Source of the DNA: an uncultured Alphaproteobacteria bacterium
Lineage (GTDB): Bacteria > Pseudomonadota > Alphaproteobacteria > Acetobacterales > Acetobacteraceae
Assembly: GCA_963848595.1 (NCBI GenBank)
Contig: CAWKEH010000007.1
Span: 53,231 to 117,230 of the forward strand
Direction of reading: 5' to 3'
Length of the DNA stretch: 64,000 nt
A program made the position numbers and the translations under genes. Shown in pieces: positions 50,452 to 60,175 of the stretch. Each line of letters starts with the position of its first letter. The first letter of the stretch is position 1. The notes below the pieces were generated by a model. It saw only the letters and a program-made list of their open reading frames with translations, had not been told where the DNA came from and did no database searches.

Positions 50452-51633
50452 ATGCTTATCACCCGCCGCTCCGCCCTTCTCGGTCTCGCCGCCGCAGCGA
50501 GCCTCGGCCGCGTCCACCTCGCGCTCGCCGCGGCACCCACGGACCGGCGCCTCGTCGTCGTGCTGCTGCGCGGCGCGCTCGACGGCCTCGCTGCCGTCCA
50601 GCCCTACGGCGACCCGGCGCTGCGCGACCTCCGCCCCAGTCTCGCCCTCGGCGAACCCGGCACCGAGGGCGGCGTGCTCGACCTCGGCGGCCGGTTCGGC
50701 CTGCACCCGGCGCTCGCCGAGCTGCACGGGATGTATAGCGCGGGCGAGCTGCTGCCCGTCCACGCCGTCGCCGGTCCCGTGCGCAGCCGCAGCCACTTCG
50801 AGGCGCAGGACATCCTGGAGAGCGGCGGCGATCACCGCCTGGACAGCGGCTGGCTCAACCGCGCCGTGCAGGCGATGCCGGACCACGGCGCCGAGGCTGC
50901 GCTCGCCGTGGGTACGCAGACGCCGTTGCTGCTGCGCGGCGCGGCGCCGGTAAGCGCCTACGCGCCGCACGTTTTCGCCGAGCCGACGCCGGACCTCTAC
51001 GCGCAAGTCGCAGCACTCGCGGCGGACGACCCGGTGCTCGGCCCGGCTGTCCGCGCGGGGCTTGAGGAGCGGGCGTTCGCTCACGATCACCTTAGCAGCG
51101 GATCCGACGTGGCGGACGCGCGCGACCGCAACGCCTTCCCCACCCTCGCCCGCGCCGCCGGGCAGCTTCTCGCCGCAGCGGACGGGCCGCGCGTCGCGGC
51201 ATTGGAACTGGGTGGCTGGGACACGCACGCCGCGCAGGCGAGCCGGCTCGACGCCGCGCTCCGCACGCTGGACGCGGGCCTAGTCGCCCTCCGCGACGGG
51301 CTGGGCGCGACCTGGGCGAAAACCGCGGTGCTGATCGTCACCGAGTTCGGCCGCACGGCGCGGGCGAACGGGACGGGCGGCACGGATCACGGCACGGCCG
51401 GATGCGCCTTCGTCGCGGGCGGCGCGGTCGCGGGCGGGCGCGTGCTCGCCGACTGGCCGGGGCTGGGTGCTGGCCGGCTCTACGAGGATCGGGACCTCGC
51501 GCCGACGATGGACGTGCGGACGGTGGCGAAGGGGCTGCTGGCCGAGCACCTCGGACTGCCCGGCCCGGCGCTGCTCGCGGTGTTTCCAGGAAGCCGGGGG
51601 GCGGAGCCCGTGCGGAGACTGATCCGGGCGTAA
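50452..51633 (+). CDS. DUF1501 domain protein with Tat signal
   Basis: MLITRRSALLGLAAAASL twin-arginine leader, ELGGWDTHAAQ and TEFGRTARANGTGGTDHG. Confidence 0.8.
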   Translation: MLITRRSALLGLAAAASLGRVHLALAAAPTDRRLVVVLLRGALDGLAAVQPYGDPALRDLRPSLALGEPGTEGGVLDLGGRFGLHPALAELHGMYSAGELLPVHAVAGPVRSRSHFEAQDILESGGDHRLDSGWLNRAVQAMPDHGAEAALAVGTQTPLLLRGAAPVSAYAPHVFAEPTPDLYAQVAALAADDPVLGPAVRAGLEERAFAHDHLSSGSDVADARDRNAFPTLARAAGQLLAAADGPRVAALELGGWDTHAAQASRLDAALRTLDAGLVALRDGLGATWAKTAVLIVTEFGRTARANGTGGTDHGTAGCAFVAGGAVAGGRVLADWPGLGAGRLYEDRDLAPTMDVRTVAKGLLAEHLGLPGPALLAVFPGSRGAEPVRRLIRA

Positions 51634-51738
51634 CCCGCAAGGCTATTTGCGCCGCGCGATCACCTGCCGTATCAAACTCTCAGAACGAAGAACGCGGCGA
51701 GCGCACCCGGTCGGGCGCAGCATGGGAGGAAACGCCCC

Positions 51739-52947
51739 GTGATCACCACCTTTTACATGCCAACGCGCATTGTCGCGGGGCAGGGTTCGCTTGCCACAGT
51801 CGGCACCCTCGCCTGCGACCTGAAAATGTCAAGGGTGCTGCTGGTATCCGACCCCATCATCTCGCAGCTTCCGTTCCATGGTGACGCGCTGACCGCGCTG
51901 ACGGACGCCGGGCTGGAGGTCTCGCGCTTCGACGAGTGCGGTATCGACGCCCGCTGCTCGCACATTGACGATCAAGGCGAGCGGGTCCGGCGCGAGGGGA
52001 TCGACGGCGTCGTCTGCATCGGCGGCGGCTCGGTGATGTGCACCGGCAAGGGGATCGCCATCGTCGCCACGAACCACAAGCCCATGCGGGACTGCACAGG
52101 CGTCGGCCGGTTCGACCGCAAGGCGCTGCCGATGATCATGGTGCCGACGACGGCGGGGTCCGGCTCCGAGGTCTCGCAATGGACCATCGTCAAGGACGAG
52201 GAGCGGCATCTCAAGCTGCTCGGCGGCGGGCCTCTGAGCTTCCCAGACGCCGCGATCCTCGACCCGGTGACGCTGTCGTCGCTGCCGATGCGCGTTGCAG
52301 CGCTGCCGGCCGTCGATGCGCTGACGCACGGCGTCGAGGCCTATCTCAGCGGCATCGCCTCGCCGCTCACCGACGCCGTGGCACTCGCCGCCGTCCAGCT
52401 CCAGTTTGGCTCGTTGCGCGCCTCCATCAACTCGGACGACGAGCGCGCGAGAGAGAACAACCTGGTCGCCTCGTGCATGGCGAACGTCGCCTGCGGCAAT
52501 GCCCGGCTCGGCCACGGCCATGCCCTGTCGCTGCCCATGGAAGGCCACCTCGACCTGCCGCATCCCTACGGCGTCGGCGTGCTGCTGCCGCACGTCACTG
52601 CGTTCAACCTCACCGTGCTGCCGGAGAAGGTCAAGCCGCTCGCCGAGGCGCTCGAGGTCGAGACCGCGGGCCTGACGCGCGTCGAGATGATCGAGGCCTG
52701 CGCCGCGAACATCCGTGCGCTCTACGCCGACATCGGCTTCCCCGACCGCTTCACGCCCGAGCAGGTCCCAAGGCAGCGCGTCCGCGAGATGGCTGAGCGC
52801 TCCGTGCCGGGCCTCTACGCCGGGATCGCCGCGGCGGAGTTCGACCCGGCGTCGGTCAACGATCACACCGTGATCGCCTGCCCCTCGGCCCGCAAGATGA
52901 CGGTGCTCCAGGCCCAGCACATCTTCGAGCGCTGCCTAGCTGCCTGA
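51739..52947 (+). CDS. iron-containing alcohol dehydrogenase family protein
   Basis: GGGSVMCTGK glycine motif, PTTAGSGSE, and metal-ligand His residues (HGHALS). Confidence 0.85.
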   Translation: MITTFYMPTRIVAGQGSLATVGTLACDLKMSRVLLVSDPIISQLPFHGDALTALTDAGLEVSRFDECGIDARCSHIDDQGERVRREGIDGVVCIGGGSVMCTGKGIAIVATNHKPMRDCTGVGRFDRKALPMIMVPTTAGSGSEVSQWTIVKDEERHLKLLGGGPLSFPDAAILDPVTLSSLPMRVAALPAVDALTHGVEAYLSGIASPLTDAVALAAVQLQFGSLRASINSDDERARENNLVASCMANVACGNARLGHGHALSLPMEGHLDLPHPYGVGVLLPHVTAFNLTVLPEKVKPLAEALEVETAGLTRVEMIEACAANIRALYADIGFPDRFTPEQVPRQRVREMAERSVPGLYAGIAAAEFDPASVNDHTVIACPSARKMTVLQAQHIFERCLAA

Positions 52948-52986
52948 GCGGCTCCCAGACGAACAGCATCGCGAGGAAGACCGGAC

Positions 52987-53907
52987 ATGGCATCGCTGAT
53001 CCTGCACCACTACGACCTGTCGCCGTTCAGCGAGAAGGTCAGGCTGGCCTTCGGCTATAAGGACCTCGACTGGCACGCGGTCGAGGTGCCGATCTGGCCG
53101 CCCAAGCCGAACCTCATGCCGCTCACGGCTGGGTATCGCCGCGCCCCGGTGCTGCAGGTCGGCGCCGACGTGTATTGCGACACGCTGCTCATCCTGCGCG
53201 AGATTGACCGGCGCCATCCCGAGCCGACCCTCTACCCCGACGGGCAGCGCGGCCTCGCATCGGCCCTGAGCTGGTGGGCGGACAAGACGACCTTCGTGCC
53301 GGCCGCGACACTGACCACGAGCATCATCGGCGACAACATCCCGGCCGAGTTCATCGAAGAGCGTAAGACCTTCATGAACCACGATTTCAGCAAGGCCGCC
53401 TCGCTCAGGGAGCTGCCGCTCAATCGCCAGCGCATGCACGCGCACATGACGTGGCTGGCAGACATGATGCGGGACGGACGTCCGTTCATGCTGGGTGCAA
53501 AAGCCTCGGCGGCCGATCTCTCCGCCTATCATACGATCTGGTTCGCCCGGAAGAACGGCGGCGCGGCAGCCGAGGCCATGCTTCCCCTCGATTCTCTGCG
53601 CGGCTGGATGGACCGCATTGCCGCCTTCGGCCACGGGCGCCGGCACGAGATGAGCCCCGAGCAGGCCCTGGCGGCGGCGCGCAACTCCGAGCCTGACGCG
53701 CCCCAGATCGCCGCCGACGCGGACCCGTCGGGGCTGAAGCCCGGCCAAGCGGTCGTGGTACGCACCGACGACACCGGCCGCGACCCGATCCAGGGCACCC
53801 TCGTCGCCGCCGACGCCGAGGAGGTCGTGATCCGGCAGGAGAACGACCGGGTCGGCATAGTTAATATCCACTTCCCTCGCGCCGGCTACGACGTGCTCGC
53901 TGCCTGA
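52987..53907 (+). CDS. glutathione S-transferase family protein
   Basis: N-terminal thioredoxin-like GST fold (LHHYDLSPFSEKVRLAF, APVLQVGADVYCDT) with a longer C-terminal extension. Confidence 0.7.
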   Translation: MASLILHHYDLSPFSEKVRLAFGYKDLDWHAVEVPIWPPKPNLMPLTAGYRRAPVLQVGADVYCDTLLILREIDRRHPEPTLYPDGQRGLASALSWWADKTTFVPAATLTTSIIGDNIPAEFIEERKTFMNHDFSKAASLRELPLNRQRMHAHMTWLADMMRDGRPFMLGAKASAADLSAYHTIWFARKNGGAAAEAMLPLDSLRGWMDRIAAFGHGRRHEMSPEQALAAARNSEPDAPQIAADADPSGLKPGQAVVVRTDDTGRDPIQGTLVAADAEEVVIRQENDRVGIVNIHFPRAGYDVLAA

Positions 53908-53917
53908 GGAGGCTCCG

Positions 53918-54514
53918 ATGAGGATTCTCAGCAACACGACATCCCCCTACGCGCGCATCGCCCGCATCGCCCTCGCCGAGAAGGGCTTCGACCTGGCCCC
54001 GACGCAGTTCGTCAATCCTTGGAACGACGACCCGGACCTGCTCGCACTCAACCCCGCCGCGCGTGTTCCGACCCTGGAGGCGGATAGCGGCCTCCCCATC
54101 ACGGAGAGCCTGCTGATCCTGCTCTGGCTCGAGAAGAAGGTGCCCGAGCCCTCGCTGCTCGACGGCCCGCTCGATCACGTGATCTCGCAGGCGGGCCGGG
54201 CCATGGGCGTGATCGACGCCATGGTGCACACCATGGTCGGCGTCTTGCAGATGGACCCGGATTGGGGCGAGACGCGCGTCGGGCTGCGCCGCCGCCGTTC
54301 GATCGTCAACGGGATGGGCGCTCTCGAGGTTGATCCGCCGCGCTACATCGTCGGCGTGCCGAACGTGGCGGTGATGACCGCGGTCGTGGCGCTCGACTAT
54401 CTCCGCCTGCGCTTCAAGGACGCGCCCTGGGTCCAACCGACGCCGTCGCTCGACGCGCTGCGCCGGCAGGTCGCTGAGCGCCATGCTTACGCCGCGACCG
54501 AGCCACACCTGTGA
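53918..54514 (+). CDS. glutathione S-transferase family protein
   Basis: SPYARIARIALAEKGF, RVPTLEADSGLPITESLLIL. Confidence 0.75.
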   Translation: MRILSNTTSPYARIARIALAEKGFDLAPTQFVNPWNDDPDLLALNPAARVPTLEADSGLPITESLLILLWLEKKVPEPSLLDGPLDHVISQAGRAMGVIDAMVHTMVGVLQMDPDWGETRVGLRRRRSIVNGMGALEVDPPRYIVGVPNVAVMTAVVALDYLRLRFKDAPWVQPTPSLDALRRQVAERHAYAATEPHL

Positions 54515-54552
54515 CGGACTGAACGCAACATCATTCAACGAGGAGAGCCGGC

Positions 54553-54972
54553 ATGGCCACGACGGACGACAACAAGCAGCTAGTCCGCGACTACTTCAAG
54601 GCGTTCGTGGCAGCCGACGAGACCTGGTGGCGCGACCACATCGCGCCGGGCTTCAAGCGGCACGACCCTGGCCTGCCGTTCGAGGTTGTCGGCCCAGCCG
54701 GCATCAGGAAACTCGCGGACGCGCTGCTGCCTGGCATTCCTGACATGGAGCTGCCGATCGAGGATCTGGTGGCCGAAGGCGAGAAGGTACTGGCGCGGCT
54801 GCGCGTGCGCGGCACGCACAAGGGTGACCTCATGGGAATTGCGCCGACGGGCCGCAAGATCGACATCGCCGTGCTTGACCTGTTCCAGATCCGCGACGGC
54901 AAGCTGATCGAGCACTGGGCGCTGCTCGACAACCTCGGCATGCTGCGCCAGCTCGGCGTGACCTCGATCTGA
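54553..54972 (+). CDS. ester cyclase (SnoaL-like)
   Basis: 139 aa. NKQLVRDYFKAF...GTHKGDLMGIAPTGRKI...DGKLIEHW is typical of the SnoaL-like ester cyclase family. Confidence 0.8.
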   Translation: MATTDDNKQLVRDYFKAFVAADETWWRDHIAPGFKRHDPGLPFEVVGPAGIRKLADALLPGIPDMELPIEDLVAEGEKVLARLRVRGTHKGDLMGIAPTGRKIDIAVLDLFQIRDGKLIEHWALLDNLGMLRQLGVTSI

Positions 54973-55076
54973 CAGCACGGGCGTCTATCAATCGCGGGGG
55001 ACTACAGCTCGCGGCGAGTCATGTTGACCCGGATGCGTAGCCGCCGCAGACAGGCGGGCGAGTCCGGGAAAACATC

Positions 55077-56326
55077 ATGGACCAGCGTCCGCCCAGCCCC
55101 AGCACCTCCGTCTCCGAGCAGCGCCAATGGGACCGCCTCATGGCTATGGCCCGCCTCGGCGCCATCCCTGGCGACGGCGTGAACCGCGCCTGCCTGACCC
55201 CGCTCGACCGCGAGGCAAGGCGCCTGCTCTGTGCCTGGGCCGCAGAGGCAGGCGCCTCCGTCAGCGTGGACGCCGCCGCAAACCTCTGGCTGCGCCGTGA
55301 GGGAACGGACCCGCCGCCCCCGTCGTGACCGGCAGCCACATGGACACCCAGCCCCAGGGCGGCCGCTTCGACGGCATCTACGGCGTGATCGCCGGCCTCG
55401 AAGCCGTGCAGGCCATACAGGACGCGGGCCTGCGCACCCGGCGCCCCATCGAAATCGTGGCCTGGACCAACGAGGAGGGCGGGCGGTTCGCGCCGGGCTG
55501 CATGGGCAGCATGGCTTGGTCCGGCCACACGCCCCTCGCCAGCTTCGCCGACGTGCGCGACCCGGCGGGCGAGCGCTTCGCCGATGCGCTCGCCGAGCAC
55601 CTTGCCGCCGAGGCCGACCTGCCGCGCCGCCCGCTCGGCTCCGAGCCCCACGCCTACCTGGAGCCGCACATCGAGCAAGGGCCGCGTCTGGAGCGCGAGG
55701 GCGTCGCCATCGGCGTCGTTACCGGCATCCAGGGCAGCCGCTGGTTCACGGTGACGCTCACAGGCGAGACCGCGCACGCAGGGACGACACCGCTCTGCCT
55801 CCGGCGCGATGCCGTGCAGGGCTTCGTTCGCGCCGCCGAAGCTCTCAACCAGCGCATGGCCGATCCCGAGGATGTGCTGCGCTTCACCATTGGCCGGATC
55901 GCAGTGCGGCCGAACACGAGCAACTCCGTCGCCGGCCGCGTTGAGTTCACGATAGATCTCCGCCATCCTGACGCGGCCGTCCTAACCACGCGCGGCGACG
56001 CCATCGAGGGCACGGTCAAGGCCACCATCGGCGACGCGCTCGCCGCCGCGGTGCGCGAGACGTTCCGCGCGATGCCGACCGAGTTCCCGCCGCTCGTGGC
56101 GAACGCGGTCGAGGATGCGGCGCACGCAGAGGGGCTGGGCGCAATGCGGATGTCCTCGGGCGCGTTCCACGACGCGCAGTTCGTTGCACCAATCTGCCCG
56201 GCGGGGATGCTGTTCGTGCCGTGCCGCGGCGGCATCAGCCACAACCCGGCGGAGTATGCCTCGCCCGAGGCGCTCGCCGCCGGCACGCGCGTCCTCGCCC
56301 GCGCTCTCGCCAGGCTCGCCGCATGA
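55077..56326 (+). pseudogene. hydantoinase/carbamoylase-family amidase (M20 Zn-hydrolase), frameshifted in a C5 run at 55317-55321
   Basis: The N-terminal 83 aa (WDRLMAMARLGAIPGDGVNRACLT...NLWLRREG) and the rest (TGSHMDTQPQGGRFDG...WTNEEGGRF) are in different frames, joined at ccgccgcccccgtcg. Confidence 0.75.
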
Positions 56327-57465
56327 CGGACGCCATGATGGATCCGGCCGCGCTGCCGTTCGACACCGAGGGATTCCTCGACCGGCTGCGTAGCTGGGTC
56401 GAATGCGAGTCTCCGACGTTCGAGCCAGATGCCGTCGAGCGGATGCTTGACGTCGCCTGCGAGGATCTGGTCGCGCTCGGCGCCGGGATCGAGCGCATCC
56501 CTGGCCGGGACGGCTTCGCGGGCTGCCGTCGCGCCCGGCTGCCGCATCCGCGGCCGGGAAAGGGCATCCTCGTCCTCGGCCACCTCGACACGGTGCACCC
56601 GGTCGGCACGCTCGCCGCACTTCCGTGGCGGCGTGAGGACGCCCGGGTCTATGGGCCCGGCATCCAGGACATGAAATCGGGCATCCTGCTCCACCTCGAA
56701 GCGCTGGCGATGCTCGCGCGCGCGGGCGTCGAGACGTCCCTGCCCGTCACCGTGCTGCTGACGCCGGACGAGGAAGTCGGCAGCCCTAGCACACGGGCGC
56801 TGATCGAGGCCGAAGCGCGGGGGCACCGCGCCGTGCTGGTCCCGGAGCCGGCGAATCCGGGCGGCGGCTGCGTCACGGGGCGCTACGCCATCGCGCGGTT
56901 CCGGCTCGAGACGATCGGTCGGCCGAGCCACGCCGGATGGGCGCTCGCCGCCGGGCGCTCGGCGATCTCGGCCATGGCCCGGCGCATCCTCGCGATCGAG
57001 GCCATGACCGGGCCGGACTGCACGTTCAGCGCCGGCGTGATGCATGGCGGGCGTTGGGTCAACTGCGTGCCGACGCGGTGCGAGGCCGAGGTGCTGACCA
57101 TGGCCAAGCGCCAGGCCGACCTCGACCGCGGCATCGCGCGGATGATGGCGCTCGCCGGCGAGGAAGGCGGCGTCGTGCTCCGCGTCGAGCGGGGCGTCAC
57201 CCGGCCGGTCTGGGAGCCGGACGCCGGGTGCCGCGCGCTGCACGCTCGGGCGCAGGCGGTCGCGGCGCGGCTGGGCCGCACGCTGCCGGGCACCTCCGCG
57301 GGCGGCGGATCGGACGGCAACTTCACGGGCACCATAGGCGTGCCCACCCTCGACGGGCTGGGCGCGGAAGGCGCTGGGCTGCACACGCTGGAGGAGCACA
57401 TTCTATGGGAGAGCCTGCCGCGCCAGGCGCGGCTCGCCGCCGGGCTGCTGACGGCGATAGAGTGA
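56323..57465 (+). CDS. M20 family metallopeptidase (glutamate carboxypeptidase-like)
   Basis: GHLDTVHP, GPGIQDMKSG, PDEEVGS and GGGSDGNF. There is an ATGA overlap with the upstream gene. Confidence 0.85.
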   Translation: MTDAMMDPAALPFDTEGFLDRLRSWVECESPTFEPDAVERMLDVACEDLVALGAGIERIPGRDGFAGCRRARLPHPRPGKGILVLGHLDTVHPVGTLAALPWRREDARVYGPGIQDMKSGILLHLEALAMLARAGVETSLPVTVLLTPDEEVGSPSTRALIEAEARGHRAVLVPEPANPGGGCVTGRYAIARFRLETIGRPSHAGWALAAGRSAISAMARRILAIEAMTGPDCTFSAGVMHGGRWVNCVPTRCEAEVLTMAKRQADLDRGIARMMALAGEEGGVVLRVERGVTRPVWEPDAGCRALHARAQAVAARLGRTLPGTSAGGGSDGNFTGTIGVPTLDGLGAEGAGLHTLEEHILWESLPRQARLAAGLLTAIE

Positions 57466-58121
57466 AGCGCTCCTGGCCCGTCCGCGTCGCCCTCGCACAT
57501 GGGCACACGCTCGCCGCGGCGCTCTGCGGCGCCGTGTTGTTCGCCGCGCTGAGCATCGCCGCCGTGCCCGGCCGGCTGATCATGGCGTGGGACGGATTTG
57601 CGCTCTCGCTCATGCTTCTGGTCGGCGCTCGCGCAGTGAGGGCGGCGCCGGGCGACATGACGGCGAACGCGGAGGCGCAGGAGGCCGGCGAGTGGCTCGT
57701 GTTCTGGGTCGTTGTGCTGGGCATCCTCGCGAGCATCGCGGCCGTGATCTCGGAGTTCTCCGGCCTCAAGGACGTCTCGCCTGGCGTGCGCGGCTTGCGC
57801 GTCGCGCTCGTCGCGGTGACGCTCGGCTTGAGCTGGCTCGTCACGCACGTCGTCTTCGCGCTGCGCTACGCATACGAGTATTACGAGGCGGCGCCCCGTG
57901 GCGGCTTGCGCGGCGGCCTCGACTTCCCCGGCGGCGAGCCGCCCGATTACTGGGATTTCCTCTACTTCGCCATCGTGATCGGCATGACCTTCCAAGTCTC
58001 GGACGTGCAGATCACGGACCGCAAGCTGCGCCGGCTCGCGACGGTGCACGGACTCCTGGGCTTCCTATTCAACACGGTTATCGTGGCGCTGACGGTGAAT
58101 TTGGCGGCGGGGCTGCTGTGA
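57462..58121 (+). CDS. DUF1345 membrane protein
   Basis: YWDFLYFAIVIGMTFQVSDV signature and several TM helices. The GTG start overlaps the upstream stop. Confidence 0.75.
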   Translation: MKRSWPVRVALAHGHTLAAALCGAVLFAALSIAAVPGRLIMAWDGFALSLMLLVGARAVRAAPGDMTANAEAQEAGEWLVFWVVVLGILASIAAVISEFSGLKDVSPGVRGLRVALVAVTLGLSWLVTHVVFALRYAYEYYEAAPRGGLRGGLDFPGGEPPDYWDFLYFAIVIGMTFQVSDVQITDRKLRRLATVHGLLGFLFNTVIVALTVNLAAGLL

Positions 58122-58194
58122 GGGTTAGTGCTCCACCTTCGAATCCCACACGCCTATTCCGTCATGGCTGGGCTTGATCCGCTGGCGTCGAGCA

Positions 58195-58674
58195 CTACGA
58201 CCTCAAATCCTGGGGCACCTTCCCGCCGTTCTCCGCCAGCTTCTGCATGACCTGCTTGTGCAGCCACATGTTCATCTCGGCGGAGCCGTTCATCTGGCCG
58301 GTGTAGCCCAGTTCTTGGGCGAGCTGCTTCCGCGCGTCCAGGCTGCTGTCGAGATCGAGGAGCTTCATCAAGTCAACGATGGAGTGGCGCCAGTCGAGCT
58401 TCTGGGGCGCCTTCGACGCGAGGCTGGTCAGCACGGCCTCCACGTCAACGGCCTGCTGCGGCGCCGCTGGCGGCGCGCCGCTGCTCGGCGCCGGAGCACT
58501 GCTGGACGCCGGAACACTGCCCGGCGCCGGAGCGGCAGGGGCCGGAGCCGGCGTGAACGGGTCCTGCGGGGTAGCAGCGGCAGCCGCCGGGGCAGCCGCC
58601 GGCTGTGACGTGGGCTGCGCGCTGGCCGGGTGAGTTCCGAGGATCTTGGACATGATCGAGCCGAAGACACTCAT
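58195..58674 (-). CDS. DUF3597 domain protein
   Basis: MSVFGSIMSKILG N-terminus, an Ala/Pro-rich linker, and the conserved C-terminus LDWRHSIVDLMKLLDLDSSLDARKQLAQELGYTG...WLHKQVMQKLAENGGKVP. Confidence 0.8.
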   Translation of the reverse strand: MSVFGSIMSKILGTHPASAQPTSQPAAAPAAAAATPQDPFTPAPAPAAPAPGSVPASSSAPAPSSGAPPAAPQQAVDVEAVLTSLASKAPQKLDWRHSIVDLMKLLDLDSSLDARKQLAQELGYTGQMNGSAEMNMWLHKQVMQKLAENGGKVPQDLRS

Positions 58675-58855
58675 GGGGTTGCTCCCTTCATCAACGTTGC
58701 GCTGTGACACTTGGTCTGCGACGGCCTCGGCGCAAGCGGTCGCGGCAGTGGACAACGCTCTGGTTAGAAATCCGGCCTTTTCGTCATGATGCCTTGATCA
58801 GAAGCGACGGCTGCGCTCTCAAAGCAGGACACGGTCATCGTGAGGTAATGGTTTG

Positions 58856-58876
58856 GCATAGCCCCCTACCCTATGC
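58856..58876. promoter_or_regulatory. candidate RcnR/DmeR-type operator
   Basis: gcATAG-CCCCC-TA-CCCTATgc, a G/C tract flanked by an AT-containing inverted repeat, lies 15 nt upstream of the repressor ATG. Confidence 0.4.
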
Positions 58877-58890
58877 TAAGCTAGGGTCTC

Positions 58891-59169
58891 ATGACCCACA
58901 CCATTCGCGAGAAGGGCAAGCTGCTGGCGCGCGTGCGCCGCATGAAGGGTCAAGTCGAGGCCATCGAGCGCGCGCTGGAAGCGGAGGCCGGATGCGAGCA
59001 CGTGATGCACCTGATCGCCGGCGTCCGCGGCGCCATGGCCGGGCTGATGGCGGAGGTCGTCGAGGACCACGTCCGCACGCACCTGCTGGACGCCGACGCG
59101 CCTCCCGGCGCGCTCAAGGCCGAGGCCGCCGAGCAGCTCATGGGCGTCGTCCGCACTTACCTCAGATGA
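58891..59169 (+). CDS. CsoR/RcnR-family metal-sensing repressor (DmeR-like)
   Basis: 92 aa with His3, Cys35 (AGCEHVMH), His60 and His64 (EDHVRTH), giving the H-C-H-H fingerprint of the Ni/Co-type RcnR. It lies directly upstream of a CDF transporter. Confidence 0.85.
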   Translation: MTHTIREKGKLLARVRRMKGQVEAIERALEAEAGCEHVMHLIAGVRGAMAGLMAEVVEDHVRTHLLDADAPPGALKAEAAEQLMGVVRTYLR

Positions 59170-59179
59170 GGACCCCGGC

Positions 59180-60175
59180 ATGAACGGCATCGCCACCACC
59201 CTGGAGCATAGCCACGTCTTCCTCGGCGAGGGGCACGAGCGCGCCGAGCGCCGGACCTGGGCCGTCATCGCGCTGTGCGGGGCCATGATGATCCTGGAGA
59301 TCGTGGGCGGCCTGCTGTTCGGCTCCATCGCCCTCATCGCCGATGGCCTGCACATGTCCACGCACGCGGGCGCCCTGCTGCTCGCGGCGCTCGCCTACAG
59401 CTACGCCCGCCGGCACACGCACGATCCCCGCTTCACCTTCGGCACCGGCAAGCTCGGCGACCTCGCCGGGTTCAGCAGCGCCATCGTGCTGCTGATGATC
59501 GCTCTCCTCATCGGCTACGAGGCCGTGAGCCGCATCGTAGCACCAGTGCCCATCCGCTTCGGCGAGGCGATCCCCATCGCGGTCCTCGGCTTGGCGGTGA
59601 ACGTCGCGAGCGCCTGGCTGTTGAGCAGCGGCCACCATCACGGGCACGGGCATGACCATCATTACGAGCATGAGCACGGCCACGGGCACGATCAAGACCA
59701 TGATACGGAGGGGCACGGTCACGACCACTCAGGCGCAGCGCATCGCGACAACAATTTGCGTGCGGCTATCACCCATGTCCTTGCTGACGCCGCCGTCTCG
59801 ATGCTGGTCATCGTCGGGCTGCTCCTGGCCCGCGCTTTCGGCTGGCTCTGGATGGACCCGCTGGCGGGCATCGTGGGCGCCTGCGTCATCGCGAGCTGGT
59901 CCTACGCGCTGATCCGCGACGCCGGCGCTGTGCTGCTCGACGTGGTTCCCGACCGAGGCGTGGCCGAGGGTGTGCGCCGGGCGGTCGAGGCGGAGGGCGA
60001 CCAACTGACCGACCTGCACCTGTGGCGGCTAGGGCCAGGGCACCTCGGCGCCATTCTCGCCGTCGTCACCGCCCTGCCGCGCGGGCCGGACTACTATCAC
60101 CGCCTGCTCGCGCGCTTCCCGGCGCTGTCGCACGTCACCGTCGAGGTGCAGCACCCGCCGGCGACGCCGGCCTGA
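59180..60175 (+). CDS. dmeF: CDF-family Co/Ni efflux transporter (DmeF-like)
   Basis: Six TM helices, [12 protein letters not shown], a His-rich cytoplasmic loop ([25 protein letters not shown]), and HVLADA. Confidence 0.85.
   Translation: MNGIATTLEHSHVFLGEGHERAERRTWAVIALCGAMMILEIVGGLLFGSIALIADGLHMSTHAGALLLAALAYSYARRHTHDPRFTFGTGKLGDLAGFSSAIVLLMIALLIGYEAVSRIVAPVPIRFGEAIPIAVLGLAVNVASAWLLSSGHHHGHGHDHHYEHEHGHGHDQDHDTEGHGHDHSGAAHRDNNLRAAITHVLADAAVSMLVIVGLLLARAFGWLWMDPLAGIVGACVIASWSYALIRDAGAVLLDVVPDRGVAEGVRRAVEAEGDQLTDLHLWRLGPGHLGAILAVVTALPRGPDYYHRLLARFPALSHVTVEVQHPPATPA

Noticed and set aside
48513-50540. 675-aa minus-strand ORF spanning the EF-G start region and the DUF1800 gene
   Set aside because: It crosses an intergenic region and runs antisense to DUF1800. 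The sequence is Arg/Ala/Gly-rich nonsense.
55654-57399. 581-aa minus-strand ORF opposite the two M20 hydrolase genes
   Set aside because: Antisense to two genes with strong family motifs, so it is a shadow ORF.
59630-59725. Repetitive cac/cat/ggc/gac tract that looks like a tandem repeat
   Set aside because: It encodes the His-rich cytoplasmic loop of the CDF transporter ([25 protein letters not shown]). It is not an independent repeat element or a CRISPR array.
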